Positions 35,982 to 42,260 of a DNA stretch of 42,260 nt are shown here, one piece after another. The stretch lies in assembly GCF_004010195.1 (NCBI RefSeq), contig NC_057719.1, forward strand, positions 32,668,138-32,710,397, read 5' to 3'. The notes beneath the pieces are model-generated. The model saw only the letters and a program-made list of their open reading frames with translations. It did no database searches and was not told where the DNA came from. Numbering within the stretch: position 1 is the first letter of the stretch; every line of letters starts with the position of its first letter. This stretch comes from Chiloscyllium plagiosum (lineage: Eukaryota). A program made the position numbers and the translations under genes.

Positions 35982-37024
35982 CTCCTGTTCCCTGGATGCT
36001 GCCTGACCTGCTGTGCTGTTCCAGCAATAAAGTTTCAACTTTGATCTCCAGCATCTGCAGACCTCACTTTCTCCTTTTCGACTCAAAGGATATTCATCTC
36101 CTTAGAAATGTAAAGGGGCTAAACTATACTGTTTGACCCCTGAAATGCAAACACCCGTCCTATGTTCCCACTTTCCCCGAGATGATGTTCTTCCCTGAGA
36201 GCAGCAGCGAATGACAGTCTCAGCAATCTTTGCACTTCCCCTCATGATGCAAATGCGTCTACAAACAGTGATCAGTGTCCTTCAGTCAGAAGCCTTAAAA
36301 AATCAAAAGGGACCACAAGACTGTTGTATAATGTGCTACACTTGCTAAATGGGTGGAGCTCCGGAATGGAAAGACACAATCACTTTAATGGGGTTGCACT
36401 ACACACCTCATAACAGCCAGCAGGAGGAAGAGGAACAGATTCGTGGACAGATTATGGAAAAAAAATGTTAAAACAAAAGGGTTGTTAATTTTAACATCCC
36501 TTATATTGCTCTACGCATCTCCCTTAATGTCAGGTGCTTAGATGGGGGAATTTGTTAGGTGCATCGAACAGGGTTGTTTGAAGCAATATGCAAATCGTCC
36601 AACTAAGGAACAGGCCAAACTAAACCTGCTATGGAACGAACTCAGCTAGGTGATCACAGTTTTGGTAGGGGAGCATTTCAGTAACATTGACAATAATTCC
36701 TTAAGTTTTAATTTACTTATAGATAAGGATAAGATTAGTCCTCAGATGAAAGTACTACATTGAGGGAAGGCTAACTACCACAATATTTGGCAGGAATGGG
36801 AATGGGCACATTTGGAAAAATATGGGCTTATTAATGACAAGCAGCATGACTTTGTACAGGGGGAGGTTCTGTCTCACAAACTTGATAAACCTTTTTTAGG
36901 AACTAACAAAGGTGATTGATAAGGTCAGGATGGTGGAGGTTATCTACAGGGACTTTAGCAAGGTTTTTGACAAGGTCCCTCATGGCAGGCTGATACAGAA
37001 GGTGAAATCACATGGGATTTGCAG

Positions 37025-37219
37025 TGAGCTGGTAAGATGGTTACAGGTTAGGTGGATTGACCATGCTAAATTGTCCACAGTGTCCAGGGATGTGCAGGCT
37101 ACAATGAAGGGGTACTGGAAGAGCTTAAGAGGTTGAGTCTGGGTGGGATGCTTGTCGGAGGGTTGGTGTGGACTCAATGGATCAAGTGGCCTGCTTCTAC
37201 ATGATAGGGATTCTATGAT
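37025..37219 (+). mobile_element. HE1-type SINE, 5'-truncated
   Basis: caggttaggtggattgaccatgctaaattg...gggattctatgat. Confidence 0.85.
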
Positions 37220-37342
37220 CAATTCGCTTGGTCATAGAGAATAGCCAAGGAAGGATGTTTTTCTGACTGGAGTTCTGTGACAAGTAGTGTTCTGCAAGGA
37301 ACAATGTTGGGACCCCATCCATATACAGCAGGACCCTGCTTT

Positions 37343-37787
37343 GGGGCAGCGTGGTGGCTCAGAGGTTAGCACTGCTGCCTCACAGTGCCAGGGCCCTATA
37401 TTTAAATCAAGCCTTGAGTGACCGTCTGCGTGAAGTTTGCTTGTTCTCCCTGTGTCTATGTGGGTTTCATCTGGGTGCTCTAATTTCCTCCCACAGTGCA
37501 ACGATGTGCAGGTTAAGTGGTTTGGCCATGCTAAATTGCCCTGTAGTGTGCAGGATAGGTATATTGGCCATGCTAAATTGCCCTGTAGTGTGCAGGCTAG
37601 GTGTACTGGCCATGCTAAATTGCCCTGTGCAGGCTAGGTGTACTGGCCATGCTAAATTGCCCTGTAGTGTGCAGGCTAGGTGGGTTAGTCATGATAAATG
37701 TGGAGAGAGGGTGAGACTAGATCGGCTGCTCTTTGGAGAATTGTCATAGACACAAATCCCTTTTTGTTTTGCACTGTAGGGATTACA
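37343..37787 (+). mobile_element. HE1-type SINE with an internal tandem array of about 42-bp units
   Basis: A box gtggctcagaggttagc. ggccatgctaaattgccctgt starts at 37524, 37566, 37608 and 37645, with a degenerate fifth unit at about 37687. Confidence 0.9.
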
Positions 37788-40700
37788 GGGTATAGATAGA
37801 CTGAAGAAATGGTAAATGGAATTTAATCTGAACAACTTCATAGTGATGCATTTTGGAAAGTCTAATGCAGGCAGGAAGTAGACATTAAATGGAAGAACCA
37901 TTAGAAACATTAAAACATAGATGGATCTAGGCATACAGGTTCACAATTCCCTGAAGGTGGAAATGCAAGTGGATAAGGTGGTCAAGAAAGCATATGGTAT
38001 GCTTGCCTTCATTAGTTGGGGCATAGAATATAAAAATTGGCAAGTCAAGTGGCTGTAGTATTGTACTTTAGTTAGGCCACATTTGGAATATTGTGTGCAG
38101 TTCTGGTCACCACATTACCAGAAGGATGTGGACGCTTTGGAGAGAATACAGAAAAGGTTTACCAGGACGTTGCTTGGCTTGGAGAATTTTAGCTCTGAGG
38201 AGACATTCCACAAACTTGGTTTGTTTTCACCTGAATGTTGGAGGCTGAAGGTTGACCTGATTGAGGTTTACAACATTATGAGAGACATAGACAGAATGGA
38301 TAATCAGAGTCTTTTTCACAGAATAGAAATGTAAATTATGAGGGGACTTGGTTTAGAGTAAAAAGGGGAAAGTTTGAAGGAGATGTGAGAGGCATGTTTG
38401 TTTACACAGAGGGTGGAAAGTACCTGGAATTTGCTGCCAGAGGGAGTTAGATGCAGATACAGTAGCAAAATTCAAGAGGCATCTTGACAGATACATGAAT
38501 AGGCAGGAAATAGATGGTTAATGATTGTGTAGAGGCAAAAGTTTAGAAAGGTGATGTGGGGGTGCAATCATGGTGGGTCAAAGGGCCTGTTCCAGTGCTG
38601 AACCGTTCTCTGTTATTTATTTGTGACAAGTGTCAGACCGTATAGAAAATTTTCACAATTAGAGCCAAAAAGATCTCAATGTTGTTTGATTTTTCTTTCC
38701 CCACCATTACATCTTGGTGTCACCTGAGCTTGAGGAAGCCTGTTTTCTGGTTTCGGCAGGTATTCACTGGCTCTCTGGGATGTAGAATGCTCCAGCATAG
38801 CTGGAAGCATTACCTGCTGAGCTGAGCTGAGCTGAGCTGATCAAAACATTTTGGGTCTTGGCAGTGGAGAGGTGGTGTGAGAAGGCACGTCTGGAGTGGG
38901 AAACCATTAGAAACATGGCTGCCCCTCCTCCTCTGTTTCTCTAATATCCAGTGAAGGGAAGGGGACACCCGGAAGGATGACAGATCTCTCAATCCTTTCC
39001 TGTCTAGCCCATGAATGAATGCTTTGAGTGATGGAATGAGCGTTCCTGCAGATATCCAGCAGGTCCAGATGGTTCTGCTGGTCCTGGTACATGGAGGCAG
39101 CCTTGCATTTGTCAGCCAGAATCAGGATATCAGACAGAACATGGACAGACTGCTCGACTCTTCACTTCAGACTCTGGCATCTCTGCCAGACCTTATCCTG
39201 ATTGCTATACATCTCCAACAGCTCATTAATGATCAAGTCCATACTGTACTGGGTCAGCCAGAGCCTATTCGCTGGCAGTCCCCCGAGTGTCAGAGATCTT
39301 GGCCATTTCCTCCTGCTGTACATGATCATTCTTCCAGTGCTGAACTCATCAGACTGTGACCCCATGCCTACTCTAGATAGATGACCAAGAGAGGTGAACA
39401 TCTCTGCACTGGACAAAACAAGGGAGATAGGCCTTGATGGTAGTACCTTTGAGGCTTACTCTTGCTCCTCCTCAGAAATGTGCTTCAAGAGGCCGATAGA
39501 AGTGGACCTGGTGTCAGGTTTGCAAGAGAGAAATAGAGGACCATAGAGAAACATAATGATTTGTTGGCGCTTCATTTGAGGCTGAGATTAGCAGATTGGA
39601 GGCAGTCTCACTAGAAGTTTTTTGAATTTAATCCTATGGTCGGCACATTCACAACCCCCTTAATCTCTTGCCAGAATGCCAGCCTATACCTCAGAGAACG
39701 TTAGGAGCCTTCTGTCAGCCTTTCCCCATGCGTCCCTCAAAGCCCCCAGTCAGAACATCCTTGTGATTATTGTGCATGTTCTGCTGCAGAACAGGAAAAG
39801 CAATAAGAGTCATTCAGACATGAGCACCAATCATGTGCAGATTAAGTTCCTATCCCCAGACTTCCCCTACAGACCTTCTCATCCAGACCTGTTCAGGCAC
39901 TCACCCATTTAATTCCACTTTTGTGGCTGTCAGATAGTTGAAAATTCTGTCAAATGGTCTGAAAACTATATTAGAACTTTGTGCATTTATGTTGTTTTGA
40001 TTACTAGAAACCTCAGTTGAGAAGAAAAAAGAGCAAATGAAAATCTTTTGTGCAATTTGACTGCTTTGTAAACAAGATGAGATGGCACCATTTTGTTTTG
40101 CATTATAAAATGTCACTTGTTGACATTTTCGATTTTAGAAATCATAATTGTGAGACAAGAAGTAGAGTTAATGAAAACTCTAAGTGCCTGCTAGATACAT
40201 ATAAATTATGCAGCAATGCTGCTTTTATTTTAGCATCTGCCTCTTATACACTGCATGCTCTGTCCTTGCCAGAACTTAACAAATCGAAGTAAAAGAAAAC
40301 TGTGTGAAAAGAACACGTGCGGTATGTTGTCAAGGTGTCTGCTATTTTGTACATTTGACTAAAAACATTTATATTAACTTTGTGTTTATGTTGCTAAAAC
40401 ATAATAAAACAATAGGATGACATCTTGAAAAATTGTCAAGTTACTAACAGGATTCCTGCGGTTACAAGTAAGAATTGCAGCGTTAGTTTAAAATTAACTG
40501 CTGATGGAATGGTTTCTGAAATATTGCAAGGCATGATTTTATTTTTATTACGCCATAAATGGCAAATTGTTAATTGCAAAATATTCTGCACTTGAGTATA
40601 GTCAATCATATAATAGCTTTTTTGTTCCAGCAAGTAGAACATTTCAGGATTATTTATAATGTTTTGGCAGTACTTACTCTATTCTGTCAACCTCCATAAA

Positions 40701-41092
40701 ATGTTTTTGTTAACAACAGTCCCTGGATTACAACTTGGATTGCAATTCTTTTCATGTGGGGGTCACGATTTCTTAACTGCCCACAGCAGGCCCAATGGGG
40801 ATAAGCAATGAGCACATTTCTCATTCCCTCTTCATTTATGATTGTGGTGTGCAGCCCATTGTGATCCATGACTGCTGGCTCCCTGCTCACACAAGAGATC
40901 TAAGAGCACGTGAACCTTGCATATGCTGTAGCTAGACTCCAGCTCATTAAAGCAGTGTGCTCCTCTTAAAGTTGTACTGGGAAACTAAAGACTGCGAATA
41001 ACTGACATTGCAATGGTCAAAGGGAAGGAAAATGAAATACTAGGTAATGACTCCAAGATTTTAAGACACTTCCTGGAGGCATTAATGTCGGA

Positions 41093-41215
41093 CATAAGAC
41101 CATAAGAAATAGAACAGGAGTAGGTTGTTTCAGCCCTGAAGCCTACTCTGTAATTCAATAAGATCATGGCTGTTCTGACCTTCCTCATGTCCACTTTCCT
41201 GCATTTTCCCTGTAA
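41093..41215 (-). mobile_element. CR1 3'-terminal fragment
   Basis: cataagaccataagaaatag..caggagtagg..ttcaataagatcatggctg, the same tail type as at 13173. Confidence 0.75.
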
Positions 41216-41278
41216 ACAAGGCAAATGTAAGACCTCAAAAAGAAAGATGACAGCTTTCTAGGAGGCAGGATATTTTGA

Positions 41279-41375
41279 CCTGATGAAGCGCTTATGTTTG
41301 AAATGTCAATTCTCCTCCTCCTCAGATGCTGCCTGACCGGCTGTGCTTTTCCAGCACCATGCTCTTCTACTCTGA
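41279..41375 (+). mobile_element. Decayed PLE pLTR fragment, family A
   Basis: cctgatgaagcgcttatgtttgaaatgtcaattctcc...gatgctgcctgaccggctgtgcttttccagcacc. Confidence 0.75.
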
Positions 41376-41699
41376 CCCCAGGCTATCCACAGAGAGTAGG
41401 AACAGGCAGGGGAGTGCCAGAGCATAGCTCTGAGGCCTGGGCAGCAATGTCAGATGATGTTTAATGACCAGATATGGATTGTCAAATTTGGTTAATGCGT
41501 CTAGATATCATATCTGACACCCACCGAATTATCAACCTCTGATGCTGCTCAATGCGTTGAATTGGATCCGATGTATGGGCTTCACCCTTTGTCATACCTG
41601 ACTGACTGTCCCCACTACATGGTTTTCTCAAAAATGGGGTTAGCTGTAAAACAGCATTGAGACCATACCATTTTTAGCAACAACTTAGATTGATATCGA

Positions 41700-41954
41700 A
41701 ACTTCAATATGCCGTTTACGTGATGAATTGGTTTTGGGAAATCAGGAAATGAGTTACCAAAATATTGATAGCCTCTGATCTGCTCATGTGACCACAGTAC
41801 TTAGACAACTAGTATAGTTCAGCTTTTGGTCAATGGTAACCCCAGGTTATGATATTTGGAAATTCAATGATTGCCATTGAGATTCAAGGGGAGATGGTTA
41901 GGTCCATTCTTGTTGGAGGTGGTCACTGTCTAGTACTTGAGTGGTGTGAATATT
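41700..41954 (-). mobile_element. Old LINE fragment, probably the same lineage as 28222-30560
   Basis: ggtcaatggtaaccccagg...aaggggagatggttag resembles the sequence at about 29070-29180. Confidence 0.5.
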
Positions 41955-42260
41955 AGGAGAAAGTGAGGACTGCAGATGCTGGAGATCAGAGCTGAAAAAT
42001 GTGTTGCTGGAAAAGCGCAGCAGGTCAGGCAGCATCCAAGGAGCAGGAGAATCGACATTTCGGGCATAAGCCCTTCTTCAGGAATGAGGAAGGTGTGCCA
42101 AACAGGCTAAGATAAAAGGTAGGGAGGAGGGACTTGGGGGAGGGGCATTGGCAATGCGATAGGTGGAAGGAGGTTAAGGTGAGGGTGATAGGCCGGAGAG
42201 GGGGTGGGGTCGGAGGGGTTCTTCCCGACCTCTCCGCCCCCCCCCCCCCTTTGGCCTACC
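41955..42260. mobile_element. PLE pLTR inverted pair, family A (runs off the window end)
   Basis: Minus arm 41955 to about 42219 is near-identical to 7681-7810 where they overlap. Hammerhead motif at 42050-42085 (GAAATGTC). The plus arm starts at about 42220 (ccgacctctccgcccc). Confidence 0.88.

Larger units (their letters stand above)
35599..36075. mobile_element. PLE pLTR inverted pair, family A, young
   Basis: Minus arm 35599-35746 and plus arm 35785-36075 are nearly identical, separated by a short patch (35743-35784). AATAAA at about 36026. Confidence 0.92.
36340..38615 (+). mobile_element. Old CR1 LINE with internal deletions (endonuclease to 3' end), hosting two HE1 copies
   Basis: WVELRN-like start, DFSKVFDKVPHGRLIQKVKSHGI (36912 ORF), EYCVQFWSPHYQKDVDALERIQKRFTR (38083 ORF), aagggcctgttcc tail. 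Confidence 0.88.

Noticed and set aside
37524..37700. CRISPR-like regularly spaced repeats
   Set aside because: The 'spacers' are near-identical to each other, the array lies inside a SINE in vertebrate DNA, and there are no cas genes.
38640..39900. Possible Harbinger-associated Myb/SANT ORF relic (similarly 32200-33900)
   Set aside because: Only a vague compositional resemblance, with no diagnostic motif or terminal repeat, so it was left uncalled.

Overview
Repeat-dense, non-coding eukaryotic DNA. The HE1-type tRNA-derived SINEs and their partner CR1/HER1 LINEs point to an elasmobranch (shark/ray) genome; this is inferred from repeat content only. No host protein-coding gene could be supported, and every recognisable ORF is a transposable-element fragment. 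Contents: about 8 CR1 pieces, 8 HE1 SINE copies or fragments, a Rex1/Babar piece, a decayed Vingi/Ingi-like LINE, a Harbinger transposase relic, a solo-LTR-like family (2 copies), a Penelope-like (PLE) RT fragment and a Tx1-clade ORF1/ORF2 junction. The most striking structure is a set of 8 loci of short PLE terminal repeats from two sequence families, carrying 12 minimal type I hammerhead ribozyme motifs (4 with intact cores). Most are inserted as fold-back pairs, three with clear 12-15 bp target-site duplications (TSDs). Their breakpoints tend to fall at the 5' edge of the ribozyme, and one composite appears to have captured about 1 kb of an unrelated Tx1 LINE. Family names come from motif recognition by eye, not database searches. 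Boundaries of old elements are approximate.
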